A stretch of DNA of 64,000 bases, taken from Flavobacteriales bacterium (GTDB lineage: Bacteria; Bacteroidota; Bacteroidia; Flavobacteriales_D; Sanyastnellaceae). The position numbers and the translations under genes are program-made. Positions 27,181 through 36,922 of this stretch are shown in pieces. Where the stretch lies: the NCBI GenBank assembly GCA_047636995.1, contig JBLIGQ010000012.1:5797-69796 (forward strand). The letters run 5' to 3'. The notes under the pieces are model-generated. The model did no database searches and was not told the DNA's origin. It saw only the letters and a list, made by a program, of their open reading frames with translations. Position 1 is the first letter of the stretch, and every line of letters starts with the position of its first letter.

Positions 27181-29673
27181 ATGTCTAGACTACTTTCACC
27201 GCTCAGCATACTTGCATTTCTTGTGATTATCGCTGGGCAATCAGCCTTCGCCCAAAGACCGAATGGGCCGCGCCCCGCAATTGGCATACTCAGCGGAACT
27301 GTGCTTGACGCAAGAGATGAATCAGCGGTTGAATTTGCCACCATCACACTTGTTGCAATGCGAGACAGTAGTATTGTAACAGGCAGTATAACTGACAAAA
27401 AAGGAACCTTTCTCATTCCGGCAATCCCTTTGGGGATCTACAATGTGAAGGTGACCTTTATAGGGTATGAAATCAAAACCATTGGCCCCATTCGGTTAAC
27501 ACCAAAAGAAGACACCACGCGTGACTTAGGAGAAATAATGCTGTCACCACTTGTGAACGATCTTGAGGCTGCGGAGGTAACTGCAGATACGCCTTACATG
27601 GAGATGAAGATGGACAAACGCGTTTTTAACGTGGAGGAAAGTTGGGGGACTACCGGCGGTTCAGCAACAGACATTATTGAGACACTCCCTTCTGTTCAGG
27701 TCGACATTGACGGAAACATAAGCCTTCGAGGTTCGCAAAACGTGACCATCTTAATAGACGGAAAGCCTTCTGCTTTAGCAGGTACTTCGCGCCAGGCAAT
27801 CATGGATCAGATTCCGGCCAGCAGCATAGAGCGCATAGAAATAATCACGAATCCTTCAGCAAAATATGACCCAGACGGAATGTCAGGAATTATCAACGTA
27901 GTACTTAAAAAGAATAAGCTTGCTGGGTTTAATGGCAATGTTTCCTTAACGGCGGGAACAGGAGATCAATACAATGGGTCTCTGGGTTTGAATTACAGAA
28001 ACAACAAGGTGAATGTTTTCACGAATTACTCTTACCGCTATTCTGATCGGTTCTCTCGTTCCGAAACAAATCGGACGACTTTTGGGGCTGACGAAGGAGA
28101 TCTTTTCTTAATTCAGAATGCTGACGGGGGAAGAATTGGTCAGAATCACACCATCATGTCTGGAGTTGACCTTTACCTGAATCCCACTTTGACGCTCAGT
28201 GCGTCTGGCACATTAAATTTAGGTGAGACAGCGAGGCAAGACAGTGTGCAAAACCTCCAAGACTATTCTTCTGGCTTAGTTTTAAGCAACTTCAATAGAT
28301 TCTCGAAAAGTGAGCAGAATGACAGAGGATACGACCTCAATTTGGGACTCGTAAAACAGTTCAAAGGTGATCAGCATACATGGACCACAGACATCCGTTA
28401 TTCTGACGCTAAATCTGATGAACTAAATACATTTGACAACCTTGATTACCTCATCGGAAACGACGTTTTAAATATCGACCTGCCAGAAGAATACAACAAT
28501 TCCAATAGCACCCGCAAGACCCTTACTGCACAGACAGATTATATACACCCAGTGCATGATGGTGATGGAAAAATAGAACTGGGATACAAAGCGATCATTC
28601 AGGAGCTCAAGAATGATTTCTATGGGTACGCTCAAGATTCAATATCAGGCGCCTATGAACCCCAGTTAGATCGGAATAACTCCTTTGTTTACGACGAGCA
28701 AATTCACGGAGTCTATGCTACTTATGGTCGCAAAATCAATCGGTTCAGTTTTCTTTTCGGACTAAGGGCTGAGGAGGTTTTAACTACAAGTACCTTAATT
28801 ACAACCAATGAAGTTTTCAATAATGACTACTTCTCTTTATTCCCTAGCTCCCATTTATCTTATGATCTAACAGAAGCCACGCAACTAGGATTGAGCTATA
28901 GCAGAAGAATCAATCGTCCGCGTTCAAGACAGTTGAATCCTTTCCCAAATTACTCGAATGTGTTGAGCCTTCGAAAAGGCAATCCATTCCTCCTTCCTGA
29001 GTACACGAATTCGTTTGAATTGGCCTATAGCATTCAGAAGGGAAGGTCTAACTACATGATTAGTGCCTATTTGAGAGATGTAAACAACGTAATCAGAAGA
29101 TTCACAACCGTTGACACATCAGGAGTCAGCACCATTACCTATGAGAATTTTGCTGGAGCTCAGAACTACGGAATTGAACTTGTGATCAACACGCCCATCA
29201 ACAAATGGTGGAGCATTAACGCCAGTGCCAATGGCTACCGCACAAAGAATGACGGAACCAACCTTGAAAGTGATTTGAACAATGAGGCTTACAGCTGGTC
29301 AGCGCGGATCATGTCTACAATGAAGTTAAAAAAAGGGCTAAGCATTCAACTCTCTGGTTTCTATAGGGCTCCAGAATTATATCCACAAGGAAGTTTCAAC
29401 GGTTTTTTATTTTCGAACATTGCGCTCAAAAAATCTATCTTGAAGAACAAAGGGTCATTGACCTTAAATTTACGAGACATATTTGATACCCGAGAATTCT
29501 CATTTGACAGCTATGGAAGCGGATTTGAGGAGGAAAGCATGCGCAAGCGCGAGTCTAGAAATCTGCTACTCACATTTTCTTATCGCTTCGGAAAACTAGA
29601 GCCCTCGAAAGACAAGCGCAAAAGATCATCAGGTGATAACGGCGGCGGCGAAATGGATGATGGTGATTTCTAG
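27181..29673 (+). CDS. TonB-dependent receptor / outer-membrane beta-barrel family protein
   Basis: Signal peptide. CarboxypepD_reg-like GTVLDA..AVEFATITL...G.F.I..IP.G.Y.V.V.FIGY. Plug block (IETLPSVQVD..GNISLRGS). Long barrel ending in the aromatic-rich LTFSYRFG. Confidence 0.85.
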   Translation: MSRLLSPLSILAFLVIIAGQSAFAQRPNGPRPAIGILSGTVLDARDESAVEFATITLVAMRDSSIVTGSITDKKGTFLIPAIPLGIYNVKVTFIGYEIKTIGPIRLTPKEDTTRDLGEIMLSPLVNDLEAAEVTADTPYMEMKMDKRVFNVEESWGTTGGSATDIIETLPSVQVDIDGNISLRGSQNVTILIDGKPSALAGTSRQAIMDQIPASSIERIEIITNPSAKYDPDGMSGIINVVLKKNKLAGFNGNVSLTAGTGDQYNGSLGLNYRNNKVNVFTNYSYRYSDRFSRSETNRTTFGADEGDLFLIQNADGGRIGQNHTIMSGVDLYLNPTLTLSASGTLNLGETARQDSVQNLQDYSSGLVLSNFNRFSKSEQNDRGYDLNLGLVKQFKGDQHTWTTDIRYSDAKSDELNTFDNLDYLIGNDVLNIDLPEEYNNSNSTRKTLTAQTDYIHPVHDGDGKIELGYKAIIQELKNDFYGYAQDSISGAYEPQLDRNNSFVYDEQIHGVYATYGRKINRFSFLFGLRAEEVLTTSTLITTNEVFNNDYFSLFPSSHLSYDLTEATQLGLSYSRRINRPRSRQLNPFPNYSNVLSLRKGNPFLLPEYTNSFELAYSIQKGRSNYMISAYLRDVNNVIRRFTTVDTSGVSTITYENFAGAQNYGIELVINTPINKWWSINASANGYRTKNDGTNLESDLNNEAYSWSARIMSTMKLKKGLSIQLSGFYRAPELYPQGSFNGFLFSNIALKKSILKNKGSLTLNLRDIFDTREFSFDSYGSGFEEESMRKRESRNLLLTFSYRFGKLEPSKDKRKRSSGDNGGGEMDDGDF

Positions 29674-29676
29674 TCG

Positions 29677-30903
29677 TTATTCTATTGTTACTTCACGCAG
29701 TTTTCGAGCTAATAAAAGTGCTATAATGGTGAAAGCTACAGCCACATATCCCACAATGTTATAATTCTCAATAGGCCCCCCACCTTCTGACTGCACTACA
29801 ATGCTCCCAGCAATCAGTGATGCAGAACCGCTGGCTAAAGATGTAACAGAACTCTTCAAACTCATGAATCCACCTCTATTTTGAGGACGTACAACAGCTG
29901 TGAGCAAAGTATTTGCGGGAATCATTCGTCCGGAAATAGAAATAAAGAATATGCCAGAAATAGTTAACACCAAGTAAATTGAAATGGGCCACAAGTGCGT
30001 AATTAAGAGTAAAGGAATAATTGAAATACTGGCCATAACGTAGAACACCTTTTTTCGCCCAAAACGATCAACCAAGCGCCCTATTAAAGGCGAAGTAAAT
30101 ACTGTGCAAGCGCCGCCAACTAGGTAAATAAGCGGAATTTGATCTTGAGTCAATCCGACATTGTTAATCATGTAGGGGGTAATGAACGGAATCACAGTAA
30201 ACTGCCCTAGGACCAACAACACGGTGAACAGCAAAGCTTGGAGTTGATTGATGTTTTTGCCCGCCATCCGAATGGTCTCAAACGGATGAGGCTTATCGGT
30301 TTGCGCATCCAAGTGCTGGCGCATGGAAGGCACTTTGAAAATGACCAAAGCGACTACAAAAGTCCCCAAGATGGCAACTAAATAGAACGGCAGGTGCCAA
30401 TTCCCATCAAATCTATTCACTAATTCCAAAGCAAGGGGAACTCCTATTACTGCGGCCAGTGCAAAAGACATGGAGACAATGCCCATTGCCTTCCCTCTTC
30501 GCTCTAAAGGAAAAACATCCCCTACAATGGATAACACAAGTGCTCCAAGAATTCCGCCGAAGAGTCCGGTTAAAAGTCGTGTTCCAATGAAGAGGGCATA
30601 ATTCAAATCAGGATCTGATGTATTGGGTACAACTGCACTTGAGAAAGTACCAATAACGAACCCTATGTAGGCCACTGTCAAGGCTTTCTTGCGGTCAAAT
30701 TTATCAAGAAAGAAGACCCCAAAAAGGCTGCTCAAAAACGCAGCTAACGGATAAGCGGCAACAAGCATTGAAAATTGAAATGGTGTAATAAGAAGTTCCT
30801 TCTGAAGGATGTCGCCCATTGGCATCATGATCATAAAATCAACGATGTGGGTGAATTGAGCCGCAGCAAGAATAAATATGATTAGCCGTTCGCTTTTTGT
30901 CAT
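29677..30903 (-). CDS. MFS transporter
   Basis: 12 predicted TM helices. The motif-A-like loops LDKFDRKK and GRLVDRFGRKK are typical of MFS proteins. Confidence 0.8.
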   Translation of the reverse strand: MTKSERLIIFILAAAQFTHIVDFMIMMPMGDILQKELLITPFQFSMLVAAYPLAAFLSSLFGVFFLDKFDRKKALTVAYIGFVIGTFSSAVVPNTSDPDLNYALFIGTRLLTGLFGGILGALVLSIVGDVFPLERRGKAMGIVSMSFALAAVIGVPLALELVNRFDGNWHLPFYLVAILGTFVVALVIFKVPSMRQHLDAQTDKPHPFETIRMAGKNINQLQALLFTVLLVLGQFTVIPFITPYMINNVGLTQDQIPLIYLVGGACTVFTSPLIGRLVDRFGRKKVFYVMASISIIPLLLITHLWPISIYLVLTISGIFFISISGRMIPANTLLTAVVRPQNRGGFMSLKSSVTSLASGSASLIAGSIVVQSEGGGPIENYNIVGYVAVAFTIIALLLARKLREVTIE

Positions 30904-31319
30904 TCCGCTATGAATCCTATTTTAATGTGTGACCCATCGCAAAATGGTTTGTTAGTTGAAGCGCCGCATCTGCAGAGCGCCATAGATTCTTCAACTGTTT
31001 TAGTAGTTCCGTTGTTCAGAGCAATTTCACAGGGGCCCCTAACTATTGCTGGGCCATTCTGTACAAATTGAATTTGAATGGCCTCAGAAGCAGATGATTC
31101 TGAGGGCACTTCTGCATTTAAGTAGGAGGTTAATGCTCCAGAAGGACATTGGCTGACTTGGGAAATAATTTCATCCGTTGGAGCGCCGTCAGCATTGATC
31201 CATGGTTTTGATTTTGGGTCGAAAACAAAAGACAAGCCCCTCCAGCATTTTTCAGAATGAATGCAAATCTCAGGCTTCCAAACAATGGTTACTTCCCCGC
31301 TGGTATACTCTTTTGTCAT
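30900..31319 (-). CDS. Iron-sulfur protein: divergent 4Fe-4S mono-cluster domain fused to a CDGSH domain
   Basis: N-terminal half VTIVWKPEICIHSEKC....PWINADG...VSQCPSGAL. C-terminal half CRCGASTNKPFCDGSH (CDGSH signature). Confidence 0.75.
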   Translation of the reverse strand: MTKEYTSGEVTIVWKPEICIHSEKCWRGLSFVFDPKSKPWINADGAPTDEIISQVSQCPSGALTSYLNAEVPSESSASEAIQIQFVQNGPAIVRGPCEIALNNGTTKTVEESMALCRCGASTNKPFCDGSHIKIGFIAE

Positions 31320-31357
31320 GATGTGAAATCTAATTCGAAGCCGAAGCCGCTGCAGAA

Positions 31358-32566
31358 CTAATGCATTTGATAATCATCAATGCTTTTGAGAACATCTTGT
31401 TTGAAAGGCATTCGCTGAGAGAACTGACTTGGTCTAATGTAGCTGAACAACAGTTTTAATAAGGCATTGGAAGTCTTTGTACGATGACGAATGTAGCATT
31501 TGACATCAATCGGATAGGCCCCAACTGATGATTTAATCTCACTTGCTGTTCGTCCAAATGAAATCTGTTTCACTCCACTCTCAATGCCCATCATAATGTA
31601 CTCATAGAGCATCCGTGAATAGAGTGAATACTGATGGTTCAGGTTGTAATCAATGCCCACAAAATGAGTATCTATCCAGTTCTCGTATTTAAATGCGCTT
31701 TGAAAGCCTACCAATTTATCATCCAGAAAATAACCTTTTAGTGTGAAAGCTTCGCCCAGGTTTTCTTTCATTCTACTGAATACTTCACCATTGAGTTTTC
31801 CGAGTCTAAAATCAGCTCGATCATAAACCTTTTCATACAACGAAAATAACTCTTCACGATGCGCAATAAGGTCTTCTTTATCAAAATCCTTCAGCACAAT
31901 GTTTGCAGACTTTTTGAATGCAGCTTTGGCTTTCGTTCTATATTTCGTTGTGAGAGAGGCCAAATAATCATCAAAGGTTTTCCACTCTGGCTTTAGAGAC
32001 ATCACCATGTTTGGGTCTACAAAAAACTCAGCATAACCTTCTTCGCTAAAGTGTTCTGAGATCCCAAATGATTTCGGGTAAAAATCTTTGACAACTGTTG
32101 CTGCAATTCGGTTGCCTTTTTCTTTACAATCAGCTTCAATTTCATCAATTGCCTTCAACAACAGAGCTCCTTGAGTTGAAGGTTCAATGTGGTCATTAAA
32201 AACAAATCCGTGCTCTCCTGTGGCAAAACTATTCCCAAGCACAAGAACACGGAAACGCATCTTTCTATTCCCAAGGAGTTTCTTTGATACTGATTTCACC
32301 CACTTACCACTTTTATCAAAGTTCGCGTTGAGGTTATCACTTTCGGCCATGGTGATTTGAAAAGCGGCCACTCCAACCAATTTTGAGTCTTTCAGAAAAC
32401 AAGCAAATCTATAGCTTAGATTCTCATCAAGAATTCGCAAGGCATCAAAATAGTGGGTGAGAAGAAAAACACTCTTATTTACAACCAATGGATTCCAAGC
32501 TTCGGCAAGTACATCATCTATTTCATCATGGATCAAGACTTGAAACTGTGAAACATCAAATTGCAT
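31358..32566 (-). CDS. FemAB/BioF2-like GNAT-superfamily acyltransferase
   Basis: About 400 aa starting at MQFDVSQFQV. It has a two-lobed organisation and the blocks KLVGVAAFQ / KLVGFQSAF that recur in the FemAB-like (Acetyltransf_6) family. Assigned by eye. Confidence 0.5.
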   Translation of the reverse strand: MQFDVSQFQVLIHDEIDDVLAEAWNPLVVNKSVFLLTHYFDALRILDENLSYRFACFLKDSKLVGVAAFQITMAESDNLNANFDKSGKWVKSVSKKLLGNRKMRFRVLVLGNSFATGEHGFVFNDHIEPSTQGALLLKAIDEIEADCKEKGNRIAATVVKDFYPKSFGISEHFSEEGYAEFFVDPNMVMSLKPEWKTFDDYLASLTTKYRTKAKAAFKKSANIVLKDFDKEDLIAHREELFSLYEKVYDRADFRLGKLNGEVFSRMKENLGEAFTLKGYFLDDKLVGFQSAFKYENWIDTHFVGIDYNLNHQYSLYSRMLYEYIMMGIESGVKQISFGRTASEIKSSVGAYPIDVKCYIRHRTKTSNALLKLLFSYIRPSQFSQRMPFKQDVLKSIDDYQMH

Positions 32567-32674
32567 CGCTTTTTCGGCTCGAGGTTGAGAAAGACCTCCT
32601 TTAAATTCTTTTAAGTTTCGGCAGTGCATCGGGCAAAGGTAACCCGTTAGTTAGGCTAAATGTTGAGGTTCGTG

Positions 32675-33994
32675 TTAAAATAAGTTCGCCACCCTTCGGT
32701 TTAAGTTCGGATAAAGATAGAGCACCAATGGAATCAGCATAGACGCAAACATTAAGCCCGGCAAGCGGTAGCGAACAACTGCTCCTAAAACGGGAACCGC
32801 ACTCCCAATGACCACACCTAGTACGACCACACAAGACAGGGCGAAGCAAAAGAGCTCATTTGCAATCAACTCCCTGCCTTTCGATCTAAACTTAAAGCCT
32901 ACGAGCAATAGGAGGAACAGTAAAAAGAGCGATTCGACCATTGGGGGAACGTAAAATAGGCCGTTCACTTCCCACGGGAATGGACGAATAAAGGCCGTTG
33001 TGATTCGCTCTGGAATTTGAGTTAAAAACCCCAAAGGCGATTGATCAACAGGTGAAATAGCAATTGTACTTCCGGCCTCGTTTAGCGCCGCAACATTGTA
33101 AAAATCAGTTTGCTTCTTTTGGAGAATGTAGAGGAAATTACCAGGTTCATAAAAGGCTCCTGCATTCACGGCTGCGGTATAGCTCAAAATCAACACCCCT
33201 AAATAACGCACGTAAGGTTTAACCTTTATAAATCTGCTCAAAGACAAGGCAATTAGCGCTGGCAGCATGGCAACAAGTACATAAGGCTTCAAAAAAGCGA
33301 GCACAAAAAGTGCTAAAACCATCCCGAGAAGGAACTTCCATTTTCTCTGAATCACTTGAGAATAGCACCAGAGGAGCGCACCTATTCCTGCAATCAAAGG
33401 TGCTTCTTTCAGAACGCCCGAGCCCCAAAACCAGATGGTTGGTAACAAAGATACAGAGATGAAAGCAACCGTTTTATGGACCGAAATTTGGCCAATGGCA
33501 TAGCACCCTCTAATAAAAGCGATCATCCCGATGGTACTTAAAAAACAGAACACCACGGTATGCACATGATAAAACCCTTGTGAAAAAAGGGCTATGACCA
33601 TGTTCAAGCGGATAATGGTAGGATTGTCATTGGCAATGCCGTAGGAATATGAAGAAGACCAACCTCTTAGCTGTTCGAAAGTTGGAGCCAAATCAGCCTC
33701 CTGAAGATTTACTCCGAATAAAAAGCGCAAATAAATCTGAGGTTCTGTCTTCAAGGTCTGATACAGCACCAGGGCATCATCAAAATAGCGAAATGCATCG
33801 CTCGTATTGCGGTAGCTATAGTGATAGGTGTAGATAGCCCAGAGAATCATTCCCGCACCTATTTTCAATCCAAAAACCCACTTAACAGTCTTGAACCTAA
33901 TCCCACTAGAACGAACGAAATGCCATTTCTTAAGCACGGCTAAACAAATCAAGGCTGCAGCCAGTGTGAAAAGAATATGAAGAGCCAGTTCCAC
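32675..33994 (-). CDS. Polytopic membrane protein, unknown function (possible glycosyl/polymer transferase)
   Basis: 439 aa with more than 10 hydrophobic helices. It lies 3 nt downstream of the YfhO-like gene. Confidence 0.5.
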   Translation of the reverse strand: MELALHILFTLAAALICLAVLKKWHFVRSSGIRFKTVKWVFGLKIGAGMILWAIYTYHYSYRNTSDAFRYFDDALVLYQTLKTEPQIYLRFLFGVNLQEADLAPTFEQLRGWSSSYSYGIANDNPTIIRLNMVIALFSQGFYHVHTVVFCFLSTIGMIAFIRGCYAIGQISVHKTVAFISVSLLPTIWFWGSGVLKEAPLIAGIGALLWCYSQVIQRKWKFLLGMVLALFVLAFLKPYVLVAMLPALIALSLSRFIKVKPYVRYLGVLILSYTAAVNAGAFYEPGNFLYILQKKQTDFYNVAALNEAGSTIAISPVDQSPLGFLTQIPERITTAFIRPFPWEVNGLFYVPPMVESLFLLFLLLLVGFKFRSKGRELIANELFCFALSCVVVLGVVIGSAVPVLGAVVRYRLPGLMFASMLIPLVLYLYPNLNRRVANLF

Positions 33995-33997
33995 TAT

Positions 33998-36646
33998 TTA
34001 AGCCGCCAGTTCTTGCTCCCTCGATCTCCAGGTCATGAAGAGCGCTCCTCCAATGACCAGTAAAACGAGCGCAGAGCCAATTCCTGAAAGCATTTGTCCT
34101 GTGGCGTGGGTTGCAGGGAGAAACACGAATTCAATTTTGTGAGCGCCTGCGGGCACCGTTACTCCTCGAAGCACATAATCTACCCGCGCATAATCTACCT
34201 CTTCTCCGTCCATATAACATTTCCATCCTGCCGGATACCAGATTTCAGAAAACACAGCAAACTGCTCTTTCGAACAATTGGCTTCGTATTCAATGTGGTC
34301 TGGCGCATAAGAAACCATCGAAATGACCGCTGTAGAATCAGGCACAATGGCATCAGGGACAACAGCCTCATACTCATCGTGAATAATGGCAGTGCGTTTT
34401 GACTGAAAGGTGTACAACTCATCCATCTCATCATCTACGGTTGCCACCAACTCAATGTCTTCAACAAACCACGCATTTCCGTTTGCATAGGGATTAGGCA
34501 ATGGCTGCGCCGAAGGGTCCAGTACCAAGTACTTTGCATTCAACATGTTTGCGAACTCCATGCCTTGAAGCACAGCAGGCCCTAAAGTGTTGGCCGTGGA
34601 CTTAAAGCGCTGTAATTCTGGTGAAAGGTGAAATTCAATGAGTTCTTGATAACGTCTTAGTTTAGCTCCATGGTAACCTCCAAGAGATTTGTGGAAGTAA
34701 CTGGTTCGGGCATCATTGAACGGATTTTGAATGTTCAGCACACGGTAGTTTGTATTAAGATCCAACACACCAAACTGAACTGAAAGACGCACTTTTTCGT
34801 AGTCCTTCTCTAATTTTCTTCCAACCTCATCTTGTTTCATTTGAACCTTCTCCTGCATTTTTTTTGGAAGCTCAGGGTTCAGTTGCATTTCGGTTTGGAG
34901 AATGGCTAAATCAGCCGGATTGGCATTGTGAGGGTACATTTTATCTACCTCTTTTCTCCAATGCACATATTCGCGTCCTTGCTTTTCATTGTCCATGTAC
35001 CGGCGATCAACACCCCACAAATCTACCAGCACAAGCACGGCTAGTACACCAACAACCACTTCGCCCTTCACCCTCTTTAGAAAGAGGGCGAACAGCAGCC
35101 CAATGGCAAGGATAGCAAACAGAAAACTCCTCATGGCATCTGCTCTGAAGATGGCCATTCTCGCTTGTTTCAATTCTTCAACAAATCCTTTTATAAAAGT
35201 GGTTTGCTCCGCACTTTCTGCTGAACCAGCGAATTCACCAAAACGTGCGCGCTCATCTGGTGAAACGAAATCAAACACGGCATTCGGCGCAGCCAGAAAA
35301 ACAACAAAAAGCAATATGACTGACCCCATTCCAGCGTACAACCATTTTTTACGTTCAACTTCTATCCCATTCCAAATTTCTTGAATTGTGAGCAGCGCCA
35401 TCAAAGGTGCAGCAACTTGGATAACCACTAACATCATCTTGGTGTCTCTAAACTTCGCAAAGCCAGGAACGGCGGTCAAGAAGAAGTCTGTGATGAAACT
35501 GGCGTCTTTCCAGGACAAGGCGATTGCGAGCAATGAAACGGCAAGTAAAGCCCACTTTATGCGGTCTTTCACAACAAAAAAACCGATCAGAAATAGGGCC
35601 ATAATAATGGCTCCAAAATAAAAGGCTCCTCCAGAAAAATACTGTTCACCCCAATAGTGGTTTGACTGCCCAACTTGTTCTCTGTAGTTCCGGTCAACCT
35701 TAGACATGACCTCCTTATTACTTCCTATTGCCCCGCCAGAACCTCCTTTAACGTTCGGAACCATCAGTGACCAGAACTCACCCCTTGACATGCTATATTG
35801 AAGGATGTAATCACGGTCCAATCCTTCTGCAGGTGCCGCTTTGAATTCTTGTCCTTCAGGGCGAATAGAGAGTTCTGTTTCACCACGTGTAGAATACTTG
35901 CTGTACTCAAATGTTGAGAGCAAACTAGTTAAATTGGGAAGCACGGCTATAACGGCCGCAACGGCAAGAACAGCTCCTATTTTAATTCCCTTAGACCATT
36001 CACCATTCAATCCTAAACGGATTATTTCTCCGATGACTACAAATCCGATCAAAAAGGCCAAATAATAAGTCATTTGAGGGTGTCCTGCCGCAATCTGCAT
36101 ACTGAGAAAGAGCACGGTGAGTGCGGCGCCGGCCAAAAGCTTCCTTCGAAAAGTATAGATAACACCGCCCAAGACACCTGGCATGAGGGCAATGGCGTTT
36201 ACTTTGGAGGCATGTCCTGCTCCGAGGTACAAGATATTGATGCTCGCAAACCCGAATGCAATTCCTCCTACCATTGAGAGCCAGGGGTTTATTCGCATGC
36301 ACAAGCCGAGAATGTAAAAACTCAACATGGCAATAAACAGCGTTCCAACGGGACCAGGAAAAGCCGTTCGAACCATGCGAAAAATCATGCTCGGCACATT
36401 GGCCGTTTGTTGCAGCGAGATTTGGTAAGCGGGCATTCCACCAAACATGGTGTTCGTCCACAGGGCATCTTGATCATAAAATTCTCTGAGGTCTCTCAGC
36501 TCTTTTGACATGCCCAGAAACTGGTCAATATCTCCTTGCCTCAATTCATACCCATTGTACGCGGGAGCGAAAAAGGCACTGGAAAGCACAACAAATAGGA
36601 TTACAGCCACCGCATGCGGCAAAGCCTTGAGCAAGAAATCTTTCAT
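33998..36646 (-). CDS. YfhO family membrane protein (putative glycosyltransferase)
   Basis: MKDFLLKALPH start at 36646. N-terminus FFAPAYNGYELRQGDIDQFLGMSKELRDLREF..ALWTNTMFGGMPAYQI and a very large polytopic body, typical of Bacteroidota YfhO proteins. Confidence 0.7.
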   Translation of the reverse strand: MKDFLLKALPHAVAVILFVVLSSAFFAPAYNGYELRQGDIDQFLGMSKELRDLREFYDQDALWTNTMFGGMPAYQISLQQTANVPSMIFRMVRTAFPGPVGTLFIAMLSFYILGLCMRINPWLSMVGGIAFGFASINILYLGAGHASKVNAIALMPGVLGGVIYTFRRKLLAGAALTVLFLSMQIAAGHPQMTYYLAFLIGFVVIGEIIRLGLNGEWSKGIKIGAVLAVAAVIAVLPNLTSLLSTFEYSKYSTRGETELSIRPEGQEFKAAPAEGLDRDYILQYSMSRGEFWSLMVPNVKGGSGGAIGSNKEVMSKVDRNYREQVGQSNHYWGEQYFSGGAFYFGAIIMALFLIGFFVVKDRIKWALLAVSLLAIALSWKDASFITDFFLTAVPGFAKFRDTKMMLVVIQVAAPLMALLTIQEIWNGIEVERKKWLYAGMGSVILLFVVFLAAPNAVFDFVSPDERARFGEFAGSAESAEQTTFIKGFVEELKQARMAIFRADAMRSFLFAILAIGLLFALFLKRVKGEVVVGVLAVLVLVDLWGVDRRYMDNEKQGREYVHWRKEVDKMYPHNANPADLAILQTEMQLNPELPKKMQEKVQMKQDEVGRKLEKDYEKVRLSVQFGVLDLNTNYRVLNIQNPFNDARTSYFHKSLGGYHGAKLRRYQELIEFHLSPELQRFKSTANTLGPAVLQGMEFANMLNAKYLVLDPSAQPLPNPYANGNAWFVEDIELVATVDDEMDELYTFQSKRTAIIHDEYEAVVPDAIVPDSTAVISMVSYAPDHIEYEANCSKEQFAVFSEIWYPAGWKCYMDGEEVDYARVDYVLRGVTVPAGAHKIEFVFLPATHATGQMLSGIGSALVLLVIGGALFMTWRSREQELAA

Positions 36647-36706
36647 ATTACTACGTTGAGCGGGCAAGATAATAGGAATATCTGCTACTCCGAAAAGAAA
36701 GGTGAA

Positions 36707-36922
36707 TCAGTCTTTAACCTCTTCAAATTCTACGTACTCCCCAAGGTCGTCATCGCTCGCTTTTTTCTTCTTCGAAGATTTATCGCGCGGCCCTTCTTGC
36801 TTCGTGTTTGCTTGTCTTCCTGCTTCATAAGCTTCAAAACGATCTTTTTTTCGAACGCGATTAAACAGCCTAACGACATAATAGACAATTGCTGCAACGG
36901 CTAAAAAACGTATAAGGCCCAT
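36707..36922 (-). CDS. DUF4834-like small membrane protein
   Basis: N-terminal TM helix GLIRFLAVAAIVYYVVRLF and an acidic tail DDDLGEYVEFEEVKD. Confidence 0.55.
   Translation of the reverse strand: MGLIRFLAVAAIVYYVVRLFNRVRKKDRFEAYEAGRQANTKQEGPRDKSSKKKKASDDDLGEYVEFEEVKD

Noticed and set aside
32601-32849. The track lists an 82-aa ORF bridging two genes.
   Set aside because: It overlaps the end of the polytopic membrane gene and the extension of the FemAB-like gene. It is Cys/Arg-rich with no motif, and the intergenic region is better explained by starting the downstream gene at 32566.
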